DNA of 64,000 nt from Candidatus Kaiserbacteria bacterium (GTDB lineage: Bacteria > Patescibacteriota > Minisyncoccia > Phycocordibacterales > Phycocordibacteraceae). A model generated the notes under the pieces. That model saw only the letters and a list, made by a program, of their open reading frames with translations. It was not told where the DNA came from and ran no database searches. Numbering within the stretch: the stretch's first letter is position 1; every line of letters begins with the position of its first letter. The stretch spans positions 42,850-106,849 of the forward strand of contig JAPLWH010000006.1 of the NCBI GenBank assembly GCA_026396715.1, in the 5' to 3' direction. Positions 32,558 to 42,125 of this stretch are shown one piece after another. The position numbers and the translations under genes were made by a program.

Positions 32558-32674
32558 CCCGTTAGAAATAGGACGCGGACATGCGGTGCACGACCACGAA
32601 GTCTATTTGATTAGAATTGATAAAATCGACCTCCCAAAACTTCTGGATTTCGCGTCCGCGATTTCTAACGGGAT
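32556..32674. repeat. TTAGA/TCTAAC inverted-end element, 119 bp
   Basis: Perfect 14-bp IR ATCCCGTTAGAAAT/ATTTCTAACGGGAT; overlaps the bcp start codon. Confidence 0.8.
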
Positions 32675-32686
32675 CCATCAACAAAA

Positions 32687-33862
32687 CTATAACAGCTCCG
32701 GTGTATGCTCCTCATGCGGAAAAGCGAAATTGAAGAAAATGAGAAGGAGTGCGCCAGCAGTAAAGATAGTGAAAAGAAGCACCGTAAGCGGACCGATGGT
32801 CGGTACGAGTGAGATGAGCGAGAGTGCGAGCATACCGATCACACCGTCGCGCCAGAGCACCGTCTCACGGCCGCGGAGACGTCGTGCCAGCACACTACCC
32901 AGCAAGATGCCCGCATAGAGAAAGGCAAACAAAGAGAGTAGTGCATACAAGATGAGGAGCAGAAAAGCGAGACCGATACCGACGAAGGTCAGCGCGAGCA
33001 ATACAATCAGTACCGGCGACGCGACGAGGATTGCAAAACCGAGCAGCATCGTAAGCAGCACGCTTCGTAACCGTTCCGCATGCGCGCGCTCGACGACCGC
33101 CTCCGCAAGCTTCGGGAACAGTCCGGCCAAAAGTCCAGTAAGAATGAGCGCTCCGAAAATACGCGCAAAGAGGAAGAAGCCAATGCTCACGATCGCGAGC
33201 GTGCGCGAGGTGCCAGCATCTGGCAGATACGACGCATTCGTGTACTCAAGACCACCGAGCGTCGTCACGGACGCGGGCAGCGTCGCAAGCTCTGGCGACT
33301 GATAAGAAAACTTTCCATGGATCGTGGTATTTTCCGCAAGCGTAACCCTACCGCTCGCGATAACATCGACATTACCCAAGAAATCTCCGGCGAGCGCGAC
33401 ATTATTGCCGTAAATGGTTACCGGACCCGCTGCACCATTGGACACGGTGGCATTTGCCGCAACAATGAAGACACTTCCTGCAACGCGAGCAGAATCATCC
33501 ACGGATACGCCGAGAGCCAAGAGATCTCCCGCGATCGGTTCCTCGATGAAGATACTCCCGCCGAGTGCCCGAAGATCGCCCATAACCCGCGCGCGCGAAT
33601 TGATTGAGCCAGCGACAAGCAATTCATCACCCTTGACGTTCGCGGCGGTGACAATCGAACCGCCGAGTGCCGAGAAATCGCCCGTGACGGGTGCCGTGAG
33701 TACGACAGATGCACCAGCAACATACGCATTCCCGGGTGACGAACTTGCCGCAAGTAATGAACGTGCGGCACTAAAAGATGCGGGAGCACTTGCTGCAAGA
33801 GCGCTTGCTGGCAAAAGAAGCGAGAGAGAAACAAGAGTAAGGGCTCGCCGCATAGTATCCAT
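32687..33862 (-). CDS. Membrane protein with N-terminal bactofilin-like beta-helix repeats
   Basis: Signal peptide, repeated GD-hydrophobic-GG units, multi-TM C-terminus. Confidence 0.75.
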   Translation of the reverse strand: MDTMRRALTLVSLSLLLPASALAASAPASFSAARSLLAASSSPGNAYVAGASVVLTAPVTGDFSALGGSIVTAANVKGDELLVAGSINSRARVMGDLRALGGSIFIEEPIAGDLLALGVSVDDSARVAGSVFIVAANATVSNGAAGPVTIYGNNVALAGDFLGNVDVIASGRVTLAENTTIHGKFSYQSPELATLPASVTTLGGLEYTNASYLPDAGTSRTLAIVSIGFFLFARIFGALILTGLLAGLFPKLAEAVVERAHAERLRSVLLTMLLGFAILVASPVLIVLLALTFVGIGLAFLLLILYALLSLFAFLYAGILLGSVLARRLRGRETVLWRDGVIGMLALSLISLVPTIGPLTVLLFTIFTAGALLLIFFNFAFPHEEHTPELL

Positions 33863-33864
33863 AC

Positions 33865-34317
33865 CTACACAATAAGAGGCGGCGAGCTTTGCGCGCTTCG
33901 AGACAGTGGCTCGATGAAACTCGCGCAAATGAGAATGACGAGCGCGATGAATGCGGACGCGAGGCAGTAGATGCAGAGCGCATTAATGACGAACACCTGT
34001 ATGAGTGTGAAATAGAGCGACGCGATGACACCGATAAGCGAAATGCCCTGCAGTGCGCGGCGCAGGAGCTGATCGAAAACGACAAGCTCGAGCGCCGCAA
34101 GCACGAAGAGGATGCTGTAAAAGATGATGCCGTACTCGGCGATCGGCACACCGAACAAATACGAGTACGGGCTCGCCACGACGATATTGCAGCCCGAGAG
34201 ATTGTTGATATCGCAGATAAGCGGCGCGCCACTTGTCTCATGCTGGGCGATATACGCGGAATCCGCGAGCCCGAGGAAAGAGAGAGCTAAGATGGCAATG
34301 ACGCCAGCGCGTTTCAT
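33865..34317 (-). CDS. Vitamin K epoxide reductase family protein
   Basis: C..C..V..SPYS.LFGVP, CIYC; four TM segments. Confidence 0.9.
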   Translation of the reverse strand: MKRAGVIAILALSFLGLADSAYIAQHETSGAPLICDINNLSGCNIVVASPYSYLFGVPIAEYGIIFYSILFVLAALELVVFDQLLRRALQGISLIGVIASLYFTLIQVFVINALCIYCLASAFIALVILICASFIEPLSRSAQSSPPLIV

Positions 34318-34368
34318 CCCTCTAGGATACGCGCTGTTTCCTCTCTCTGCAAATGCTATGCTTTCGAC

Positions 34369-34719
34369 ATGAAGGAACTGACGCCCGAGGAATATCGCGT
34401 GCTGCGCGAAGGCGGTACTGAAACCCCTTTCTCGGGAACGTATGTCGACCATCACGAAGCGGGCAGCTACGCTTGCAAAGCGTGTGGCGCACCCTTATTC
34501 AATTCAGATGCAAAATTCGACTCCGGCACCGGTTGGCCTTCTTTTACCGATCCGGCTGTCGCAGAAAACGTCGGCACGCGTCACGACAGAGAACGCACCG
34601 AGGTTTTTTGTAAGCACTGTGGTGGCCACCTCGGACACGTCTTCAATGACGGCCCCACGAAGAAAGGTGGTAAACGGTATTGTATAAATTCAGTGTGCCT
34701 GGATTTCAAGAAAGAATAA
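34369..34719 (+). CDS. msrB: Methionine-R-sulfoxide reductase
   Basis: GTETPF, SGTGWPSF, HLGHVF, RYCINS. Confidence 0.96.
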   Translation: MKELTPEEYRVLREGGTETPFSGTYVDHHEAGSYACKACGAPLFNSDAKFDSGTGWPSFTDPAVAENVGTRHDRERTEVFCKHCGGHLGHVFNDGPTKKGGKRYCINSVCLDFKKE

Positions 34720-34816
34720 TCTTGCTTCGAAAATATATCGTCTACAAGCGACTATCACATAAAGACCGGTCTCGTATTTTGAACGATTTTTACTCTTTAG
34801 AAAACCGAGAGAAAAA

Positions 34817-35296
34817 TCAGATATGGCACACGACTTGACCAGGATGTTTCTCGGCGTAACGTTGGTGATAGTCTTCAGCTTTCCAGAATTCCTTCGCGGG
34901 CTCGACTGAGGTCGCGATTGTTCGCGGAAGATACTGCGGAGCGAGCTCTTTCGCGATATGCTCAGCGATCTCTTTTTGTTCCGGCGAATGGTAGAAAATG
35001 ACCGAGCGGTACTGCTCGCCCACATCCGGGCCCTGCCGACTCATCTGGGTCGGGTCGTGGAGCGTGAAAAACTTCTTGACCAACGTTTCGTACGAAACCT
35101 GTTCAGGATCAAATGAAATCTCAACCGCCTCGGCATGCCCGGTCATACCAGTGCATACATTCTCATACGTCGGCTGTTTAACGTGCCCGCCCGTGTAGCC
35201 GGAGACGACACTAGTAACCCCGGGCACTAAACGAAACGATGCCTCGACACCCCAAAAGCATCCCGCCGCAAACGTCGCCTGACCCAGTTTTTCCAT
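34817..35296 (-). CDS. msrA: Methionine-S-sulfoxide reductase
   Basis: GCFWG, AEDYHQ. Confidence 0.96.
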   Translation of the reverse strand: MEKLGQATFAAGCFWGVEASFRLVPGVTSVVSGYTGGHVKQPTYENVCTGMTGHAEAVEISFDPEQVSYETLVKKFFTLHDPTQMSRQGPDVGEQYRSVIFYHSPEQKEIAEHIAKELAPQYLPRTIATSVEPAKEFWKAEDYHQRYAEKHPGQVVCHI

Positions 35297-35354
35297 AGGA
35301 CTATGGTAGCATTACGGAAACCGGCAAGGATTCTGGTAGAATAGAGGGATTGCC

Positions 35355-35972
35355 ATGTCCCCCATCCCCTTCCTTTCCCACCTCATCGGCGGAGCCGTCG
35401 GCAGCTCAATCTACCTGCCGCTCGCAATAATCCTTGGCACGTTCATTCTGGAAGATCCAACTGCGGTCATCGTCGGCATGCTCGCGGCAAACGGCACCAT
35501 CGGCATTCCGATCGCGCTCATTTCGCTGTACGCTGGTATCATTCTTGGCGACGTCGGACTGTACTTCCTCGGCTGGTTCGCAAGTACGCACCCACGTCTG
35601 AAACTTTACGGAAATCATGAGTTGGCCCTCCCGCTTCGTGCCTGGCTCGAAACGCGCTTTGTGCTTACGATTTTCTGGGCGCGCTTTATACCCGGAAGCC
35701 GACTCCCTACCTATGCCGCAAGCGGATTCTTCCGTTCACCGCTTTCGACATTCATACTTACCGCCGTCGTTGCGACCTCAGTCTGGACGACCTTCCTTTT
35801 CTACACCTCGTATTGGTTCGGTAACATTACATCCGGATGGCTTGCGTACGAACGCTGGAGCATTGCGGGAGCATTCCTTCTCGCACTCTTCCTCATCGGT
35901 CGGCATAATCTGCTCGCCTATCAGACGAAGAAGAATGATCTGGGTACCGAAGCCGGTACTCGTGCGCAGTAA
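35355..35972 (+). CDS. DedA/VTT family membrane protein
   Basis: FILED, GDVGLYFLG, ARFIPGSR. Confidence 0.85.
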   Translation: MSPIPFLSHLIGGAVGSSIYLPLAIILGTFILEDPTAVIVGMLAANGTIGIPIALISLYAGIILGDVGLYFLGWFASTHPRLKLYGNHELALPLRAWLETRFVLTIFWARFIPGSRLPTYAASGFFRSPLSTFILTAVVATSVWTTFLFYTSYWFGNITSGWLAYERWSIAGAFLLALFLIGRHNLLAYQTKKNDLGTEAGTRAQ

Positions 35973-36432
35973 GTACAAGGAGAACGAAGTCGAAAAGCGC
36001 GAGTGCATAAAGCAATGATTCCTGTCGCGCAAAGCCGCGATACAGCTCGTACGCACCAAAGAGCAGGAGTGCGAACATGAACAACGGATACGCGATGCGC
36101 TTCCCGGCGAAAATGCCGATGACGAGCATCGTCTTTATCACACCATGAATGACGAGATACAGCGCGATGAAAAAATGAGGACTGACGGCGAATGACTGCG
36201 CGGCATTGAGAATGGCCGTCGCGATGAAGTCGTTCGGCTCTTGCGCGAGCTCGCCGCCTGTCACGAACGTGGCGACTCTTACCACAAACGAAGGTGACAC
36301 CGTCAGCACCAGCACCGCGGCGAGCACTTCGAGCGCGCCATGAATCGCTTTCAGCACGAGCGCGCCATCAAAAAGCCAGAGCAGGTCGCGCTCTATGATT
36401 TTTTTATCTGCCAGCGGCGTCTTGATTTCCAT
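35893..36432 (-). CDS. DUF2127-like membrane protein
   Basis: LKAIHGALEV, ELAQEPNDF, YLVIHGVIK, AYP. Confidence 0.75.
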   Translation of the reverse strand: MEIKTPLADKKIIERDLLWLFDGALVLKAIHGALEVLAAVLVLTVSPSFVVRVATFVTGGELAQEPNDFIATAILNAAQSFAVSPHFFIALYLVIHGVIKTMLVIGIFAGKRIAYPLFMFALLLFGAYELYRGFARQESLLYALALFDFVLLVLTAHEYRLRYPDHSSSSDRRADYADR

Positions 36433-36453
36433 CCTCAAAGCGTATCACGAGTA

Positions 36454-36987
36454 TTATCCTATGCGGCCAGCGAGCACTTCGAGAGCCTTCGTGAGCAGCA
36501 CCTTCGTCGAGTCGTCAGTGATGTTCCCTTCTGCGTCGAACAGTTCGTGCGCCGGGCCGAGATACAGTTCCGGCTGGCCGATGACGTCCGCATCGAGATA
36601 GAGCATGATCTGTCGCAAGTGACTCTGCGCGACCGCGGTGCCGATCTTCCCTCCCGAGACGCCGGCGACGAGGACCGGCTTCCTTGCGAAAGAATTCTGT
36701 CCGTACGGGCGGCTGGCCCAATCGATCGCGTTCTTCAGCACACCGGGGATGGAGCGATTATATTCCGGCGTCGCGATGATAATGCCATCAGCTGCCGCAA
36801 TAGCGTCCTTGAATGCTTGCGCTACCGGGGGAAATGCACTTTCGTCGTCCTGATTAAAGAGCGGCAGCGTGCCGATATCCGCGAGCGCAATTTCCATGCC
36901 CGCTGGTGCGAGCGACTGAAAGGCGCGCACCAGCGCCGTGTTCGACGAACCCTTCCTCAGACTGCCCGAAATCGCGACTATGTTCAT
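36454..36987 (-). CDS. NAD(P)H-dependent FMN reductase / chromate reductase family
   Basis: SGSLRKGSSN, TPEYNRSIPGVLKNAIDW. Confidence 0.92.
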   Translation of the reverse strand: MNIVAISGSLRKGSSNTALVRAFQSLAPAGMEIALADIGTLPLFNQDDESAFPPVAQAFKDAIAAADGIIIATPEYNRSIPGVLKNAIDWASRPYGQNSFARKPVLVAGVSGGKIGTAVAQSHLRQIMLYLDADVIGQPELYLGPAHELFDAEGNITDDSTKVLLTKALEVLAGRIG

Positions 36988-37072
36988 GTGTTCAAAATTA
37001 TTTACTAACGGCAGACTAAGATGAGCGTACCCTATCGCACAAGCAGCCTTGGTGGGGATAACGAAACAGCAG

Positions 37073-37774
37073 CTATCGAAGTGTCTCCTTCCAGCGTTTG
37101 TAGAGGGCGGCGGTGGCGCGGAGGTCGCCGGCATTGTAGCGGGCGATGTCGAAGTACTTCCCTTCTTTGTAGAGCGTCGCGACGTCGTCGCCGGTCGTGC
37201 CGCCCGCTTTGGGACTCTCTATACCGAGCGCGCGACAGAAGAGGTGCAGACTCTTGCGGAAGCGCGCGGCGCCGTAGAACGTGAGCTGGTCCATCAGGTC
37301 GATATGCGCGGCGCCACGCTGCATCGAGAGGTAGCGGTTGCTGAGCAGGTCTTTCGTCGGCACGACGCGGTGCACCATCGAGCGGATGGCGAGGAACGGC
37401 GCATCGAAGCCGCGACCATTGAAGGAAACGAACTCCGTGCATACATTCGCGACTTTCCAGAATTGCTCGAGCATCGCTTTTTCATCCATCGCTTCGTATT
37501 TGATGCCGTCTATTTCACTGTTTGCAAGCTCGGTGCCAGGAGCGGAAAAATAGACCGCGCCTTTTTCTTTCTCGGTATCGTACACGCCGATCGCGACGAT
37601 AAAACCAGTAAGCGGCGAGAGCCCCATCCCCTCTTTCAATTCTTTCATCTCATATTCGTATTCTTCTTCGCTCTTCGACGATTCACGCAAATACCACGAC
37701 AGATTGTGCTGCGTCGTCTCATCAAGCGCGTCCCACGCTTCGCCGACTGTCTCGATATCGAATACGAGTGCCAT
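37073..37774 (-). CDS. PolB-like 3'-5' exonuclease (RNase H-like DEDD fold)
   Basis: FDIET, FNGRGFD, YNAGD (ExoI-III motifs). Confidence 0.85.
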   Translation of the reverse strand: MALVFDIETVGEAWDALDETTQHNLSWYLRESSKSEEEYEYEMKELKEGMGLSPLTGFIVAIGVYDTEKEKGAVYFSAPGTELANSEIDGIKYEAMDEKAMLEQFWKVANVCTEFVSFNGRGFDAPFLAIRSMVHRVVPTKDLLSNRYLSMQRGAAHIDLMDQLTFYGAARFRKSLHLFCRALGIESPKAGGTTGDDVATLYKEGKYFDIARYNAGDLRATAALYKRWKETLR

Positions 37775-37826
37775 GGGCACAGTATAGCCATTTCCCATAG
37801 CAAAGCGAAGGTACTATAGTTCCCCC

Positions 37827-40604
37827 ATGCTCACTTGGAATGAGATGCGTGATAGGGCGACCAAATTCGCCCGCGCATGGAGAGACGAGACGCGCGAGAT
37901 GGGAGAATACCAGACCTTTTGGAACGAATTCTTCGACATATTCGGCATAAAGCGCCGTTCTGTCGCTATTTATCAACAACAGGTGGAAAAGCTCGGTGGA
38001 GGACGCGGATTCATCGATCTCTTCCAGCCAGGGAAACTTATCGCCGAACATAAGTCCGCTGGGAAAGATCTCGATGAAGCATTCATGCAGGCGATCGAAT
38101 ACTCTGCAGCTCTTCCCGAAGACATACGCCCCCGCTATATCATCATCACTGATTACGCGCACATGCGCCTCTGTGACCTCGAAGGCGAAAACGGAGAGAC
38201 GGAAAAATATGAGTTTCCCCTCTCGGACCTTCCGAAGCATATTCGGCACTTCGCATTCATTCCCGGCTATGAGGTGCGCAAATACCGTGAGCAGGATCCA
38301 GTGAACCGCAAGGCGGTGCGCGTCGTGGTCAATCTGTATCAGACGCTCGCAAAAAGTAATTACCCGCGGGAACATCTTGGGCACTTGCTCGTACGGCTCG
38401 TCTTCTGTTATTTCGCAGACGACGCCGGCATCTTCCCGCCCGGCGAGCCATTCCGCTATTACCTGGCACTCGGGAGCAGTGAAGACGGCAACGATTTCGG
38501 CAGCCGTCTCGATGCCGTCTTTTCAACATTGAACACACCCGAAGAAAGGCGGCAAACAACGCTCGATGAGCGGCTCGCTGAATTACCCTATGTAAATGGC
38601 GGACTCTTCGCCGATTACCTCCCTGTCGTCTTCTTCAACCGCGAGATGCGCCGTGCGGTGCTTGATGCTTGCGAGTTCAATTGGAGCGCAGTTTCCCCGG
38701 AGATTTTCGGCTCAATGTTCCAGTTCGTACTCGAAACCGACTCGGGCGACACTCGCCATGACTTCGGCGCCCACTACACTTCAGAGAAGAACATCCTGAA
38801 AGTCATCGACGGTCTCTTTATGGATGAGCTGCGTACCGAACTCTCCACAGCTGGCAAAAACACGGCAAAGCTGAATGCGCTCTGGGAGAAAATCGCTCGC
38901 ATTACCCTCCTCGACCCAGCCTGCGGTTGTGGCAACTTCCTTGTCGTCGCCTATAGAGAGCTGCGCCGTCTTGAGCTCGAAATATTGAAGCGTCTCCATC
39001 CGCAACACGCTGAGCAAGTAGAAGGAGCGGGTCAAACGGCGCTTCCAATAGACATCCGCCATCTTTCAAAACTTTCTGTCGAGCGGATGTACGGCATCGA
39101 GCTTCTCCACTTCCCCGCAGAAATAGCGAAGCTCTCGCTCTGGCTTACCGACCATCTTGCAAACATAGAGCTGGGCGATTATTTCGGTGTACCATTTGTG
39201 AAGCTTCCCTTGACCGAATCCCCGCACATCAAAGAAGGCAATGCGCTCACGCTCGACTGGGAATCTATAGTCCCGAAAGAAAATCTCTCCTATATCCTCG
39301 GCAATCCGCCCTTTATAGGATCGCGCGTCATGGACGCGAACCAAAAAGCGGACATGCTTGCCGTCTTCGGAAAAATCAGAGAACTCGGCTTTCTTGATTA
39401 TGTAACTGCTTGGTATAAGAAAGCCGCCACGTATATCCAAAATACGCCGATTAAAGTCGGCTTCGTATCAACAAACTCCATCACGCAAGGCGAACAGGTC
39501 GGCATCTTGTGGGAGCAATTGCATGCGCTCAATATTCACATCCATTTCGCGCATCGTACCTTCAAGTGGAGTAACGAGGCACCGGGGAAGGCCGCCGTGT
39601 ATTGCGTCATCATCGGTTTCGCGGCGTTCCCTTCAGAGCGACCTCGACTTTTTGATTACGAAGATGTTCGCGGCGAAGCTCACGAAGTAAGTGTAAAAGA
39701 AATAAATCCCTATCTAGTCGCGGCACCAGAAAATGTCATTGTACGCAACCGCCACAAACCAATTTCAGAGGTACCCGAGATGTCATTCGGCAATATGCCG
39801 CGGGATGCCGGCGCATTTATTTTGAGCGAAGAGGAACGTGCAAATCTTCTTGCGCAGGAACCAGCAGCAGAAAAGTTTGTTCGCGATTATATGGGCGCGC
39901 AAGAATTTTTGCATAGTGAGAAACGCTACTGTCTCTGGCTTGTGGACGCAAAACCCGAAGAGCTTCGCGCACTCCCACTAGTCATGCGCCGTATTGAAAA
40001 CGTTCGCGCATTTCGCGAGTTAAGTGCCGCGGCTTCAACACGCAAAATGGCAGAAACGCCATCTCTCTTCGCGCAACGCACACAACCAAAAAGTGATTAC
40101 GTACTTATTCCGAGTACCTCGTCTGAAAATCGTCGATATGTTCCGATGGGCTTTATGCCCAAGGAAGTAATAGCCAGTAATAGTTGTCACACTATACCAA
40201 GTGCAACTCTCTATCACTTCGGCGTTCTTGAAAGCGAGCTCCATATGACCTGGATGCGTGCTATCTGCGGACGACTTGAAAGTCGCTATCGTTATTCTAA
40301 AGACATTGTCTACAACAATTTCCCGTGGCTGGAAAATCCTTCAACGGAAGTGAAGAAGGCGGTCGAAGATGCGGCACAGGCAATCCTCAATGTGCGTGCT
40401 GCGCACCCCGGCGCAACGCTTGCCGACCTCTACGACCCGCTCACGATGCCCACCGATCTCCTCGCGGCGCACCACGCGCTCGACCGCGCCGTCGACCGCG
40501 CCTACGACATTACCAAGCCCTTCCCATCCGAATCCGCCCGTCTCGAATTTCTATTTGAGAAATACCAAAAACTTCTGCAACGAACGCCTACAAAGAAAAT
40601 CTGA
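37827..40604 (+). CDS. MmeI-like type IIL restriction-modification enzyme (nuclease + m6A MTase + TRD)
   Basis: N-terminal FIDLF...EHKS nuclease motif, GAHYT, LDPACGCGNF, GNPPF, LADLYDP; 925 aa. Confidence 0.9.
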   Translation: MLTWNEMRDRATKFARAWRDETREMGEYQTFWNEFFDIFGIKRRSVAIYQQQVEKLGGGRGFIDLFQPGKLIAEHKSAGKDLDEAFMQAIEYSAALPEDIRPRYIIITDYAHMRLCDLEGENGETEKYEFPLSDLPKHIRHFAFIPGYEVRKYREQDPVNRKAVRVVVNLYQTLAKSNYPREHLGHLLVRLVFCYFADDAGIFPPGEPFRYYLALGSSEDGNDFGSRLDAVFSTLNTPEERRQTTLDERLAELPYVNGGLFADYLPVVFFNREMRRAVLDACEFNWSAVSPEIFGSMFQFVLETDSGDTRHDFGAHYTSEKNILKVIDGLFMDELRTELSTAGKNTAKLNALWEKIARITLLDPACGCGNFLVVAYRELRRLELEILKRLHPQHAEQVEGAGQTALPIDIRHLSKLSVERMYGIELLHFPAEIAKLSLWLTDHLANIELGDYFGVPFVKLPLTESPHIKEGNALTLDWESIVPKENLSYILGNPPFIGSRVMDANQKADMLAVFGKIRELGFLDYVTAWYKKAATYIQNTPIKVGFVSTNSITQGEQVGILWEQLHALNIHIHFAHRTFKWSNEAPGKAAVYCVIIGFAAFPSERPRLFDYEDVRGEAHEVSVKEINPYLVAAPENVIVRNRHKPISEVPEMSFGNMPRDAGAFILSEEERANLLAQEPAAEKFVRDYMGAQEFLHSEKRYCLWLVDAKPEELRALPLVMRRIENVRAFRELSAAASTRKMAETPSLFAQRTQPKSDYVLIPSTSSENRRYVPMGFMPKEVIASNSCHTIPSATLYHFGVLESELHMTWMRAICGRLESRYRYSKDIVYNNFPWLENPSTEVKKAVEDAAQAILNVRAAHPGATLADLYDPLTMPTDLLAAHHALDRAVDRAYDITKPFPSESARLEFLFEKYQKLLQRTPTKKI

Positions 40605-40606
40605 TT

Positions 40607-40834
40607 TCAACCGCGAGGCGGAAAATCATCGTTTCCATACGAGTTTCGCCATCCGATTCTGCCATTCTCATTCTGCACGAATAGTTCGGCCTCTTTATTG
40701 ATAGCGACTTCGCGTGCTCGTACAACCGCTTCCGCTTTCGTGTCATATATACCTGCAGCCCGTTCTGCTCCCGCGGAATGTACCTTCCAATCCTCGCCTG
40801 ATGGACTAACCCATACTTGCTTTTGCTTGCTCAT
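40607..40834 (-). CDS. DUF2188 family protein
   Basis: WKV...TKAEAV..AREVA...ELFVQ...GRI..RNSYGND..PPRG. Confidence 0.85.
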   Translation of the reverse strand: MSKQKQVWVSPSGEDWKVHSAGAERAAGIYDTKAEAVVRAREVAINKEAELFVQNENGRIGWRNSYGNDDFPPRG

Positions 40835-40920
40835 GTTAATTCTGCATTACTTGATAATAAAACTCTTGTCTCTTCCTTCTTCGGTAACCGAATTGAGTCC
40901 ATTTTATTCCTCAAATATCC

Positions 40921-40972
40921 ACTGTCAATATCCCCGACATATATTTGACAGTAATTCTGACACTGCTACCAT
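40921..40972. promoter_or_regulatory. Back-to-back promoters with an inverted repeat (possible XRE operator)
   Basis: ACTGTCAA...TTGACAGT IR; + strand TTGACA-16-TACCAT; - strand TTGACA-16-TAAAAT. Confidence 0.6.
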
Positions 40973-40978
40973 AGACCT

Positions 40979-41761
40979 ATGACCACCGCACTTCTAAAAA
41001 AACTTCGGGAGGAACAAGCATTGTCACAAGATTCAATAGCGAGAGAGCTTGGTATTTCGCGCCCGACATATATCGCGATTGAACAAGGGAAACGCAAGCT
41101 TACCCTCTCTGAAGCGGAGTGTTTGGCACAGATGTTTAGTATCTCACTCGACGAACTTGTCTACGGGAAACGTCGCAAGGTGGATGTCGTCTTATCGAAA
41201 ACACCGGTACCAAAGAAGGTAGCTGCGGAAAATGGTATACGCATCAGCGTCCCAGCCGAGAATAAAGAGAAGTTCAAACAGGTACTGCTCTATATTCTTG
41301 AAAAAATCGGTAGCAAGCCGAATATCGGCATGACCGCCCTCTATAAAATCCTCTATTTCATCGACTTCGACTACTACGAGAAATTCGAAGAACAACTCAT
41401 GGGTGCTGTGTACATCCGCAATCATTATGGTCCGACTCCTGTTGCCTTCACAAAAATCGTGAAAGAAATGGAACGCGAGGGTACTCTTGCAGCAATCGAA
41501 ACAAAGTATTTTCAACATGAACAGAAGAAATTCCTTCCTCGCACGAAGCCAGAATTAAAACAACTTTCTGGTCAAGAAATTGCACATATCGATGAAACGC
41601 TAGCGCGGCTTGGCGACAAGAACGCTCGTGAACTTACCGAGCTGTCTCATCGCGATATCCCATGGATGTGCGTCAAAGATGGCGAGCCGCTTGAATATGA
41701 GTCCGTCTTTTATCGTTCAGATGAGACTTCACAACGTGATTATGGACCGGATCCGTTATGA
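40979..41761 (+). CDS. XRE-HTH + DUF4065 (Panacea/SocA-like) antitoxin
   Basis: HTH LSQDSIARELGISRPTYIAIEQG; LYKILYFIDF, YGP, LTELSHRDIPW. Confidence 0.82.
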   Translation: MTTALLKKLREEQALSQDSIARELGISRPTYIAIEQGKRKLTLSEAECLAQMFSISLDELVYGKRRKVDVVLSKTPVPKKVAAENGIRISVPAENKEKFKQVLLYILEKIGSKPNIGMTALYKILYFIDFDYYEKFEEQLMGAVYIRNHYGPTPVAFTKIVKEMEREGTLAAIETKYFQHEQKKFLPRTKPELKQLSGQEIAHIDETLARLGDKNARELTELSHRDIPWMCVKDGEPLEYESVFYRSDETSQRDYGPDPL

Positions 41762-42125
41762 GGAAACGCTAGGGTTCGCTCATGACATCAAGAAGCTCCT
41801 TAAACGCTTCCGCTCACTCCGAGCAGATATAGAAGTAGCAAAACGCTACGCGTTAGAACCTTTCCATGCCGAGCCGCGCATAGACACGAATGCTATCGAA
41901 GAAATTTCGGGGTCATGTACGGAAGAAGTGCGGGCATGCAAAATAAAAAAATTCACATGCCGGGCAATCAAGGGGCGAGGTGTTATGAGCGGAATCCGCA
42001 TTACCTATGCGTATCACATCCGACAGAAGCGTGTGGTGTTCATCGAGATTTATTTCAAGGGCGACAAAGAGAATGAGGATCGCGCGCGGATTAAAGAATA
42101 TCTCGAGAGTATACTAGACGCATGA
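41742..42125 (+). CDS. RelE/HigB-like toxin (putative)
   Basis: FAHDIKKLLKRFRSL..D, KGRGVMSGIRITYAY, FIEIYFKGDKEN; overlaps the antitoxin end. Confidence 0.7.
   Translation: MDRIRYEETLGFAHDIKKLLKRFRSLRADIEVAKRYALEPFHAEPRIDTNAIEEISGSCTEEVRACKIKKFTCRAIKGRGVMSGIRITYAYHIRQKRVVFIEIYFKGDKENEDRARIKEYLESILDA

Noticed and set aside
35893-35972. 80-bp convergent overlap of the DedA and DUF2127 genes
   Set aside because: It is most simply stop-codon drift in non-conserved tails.
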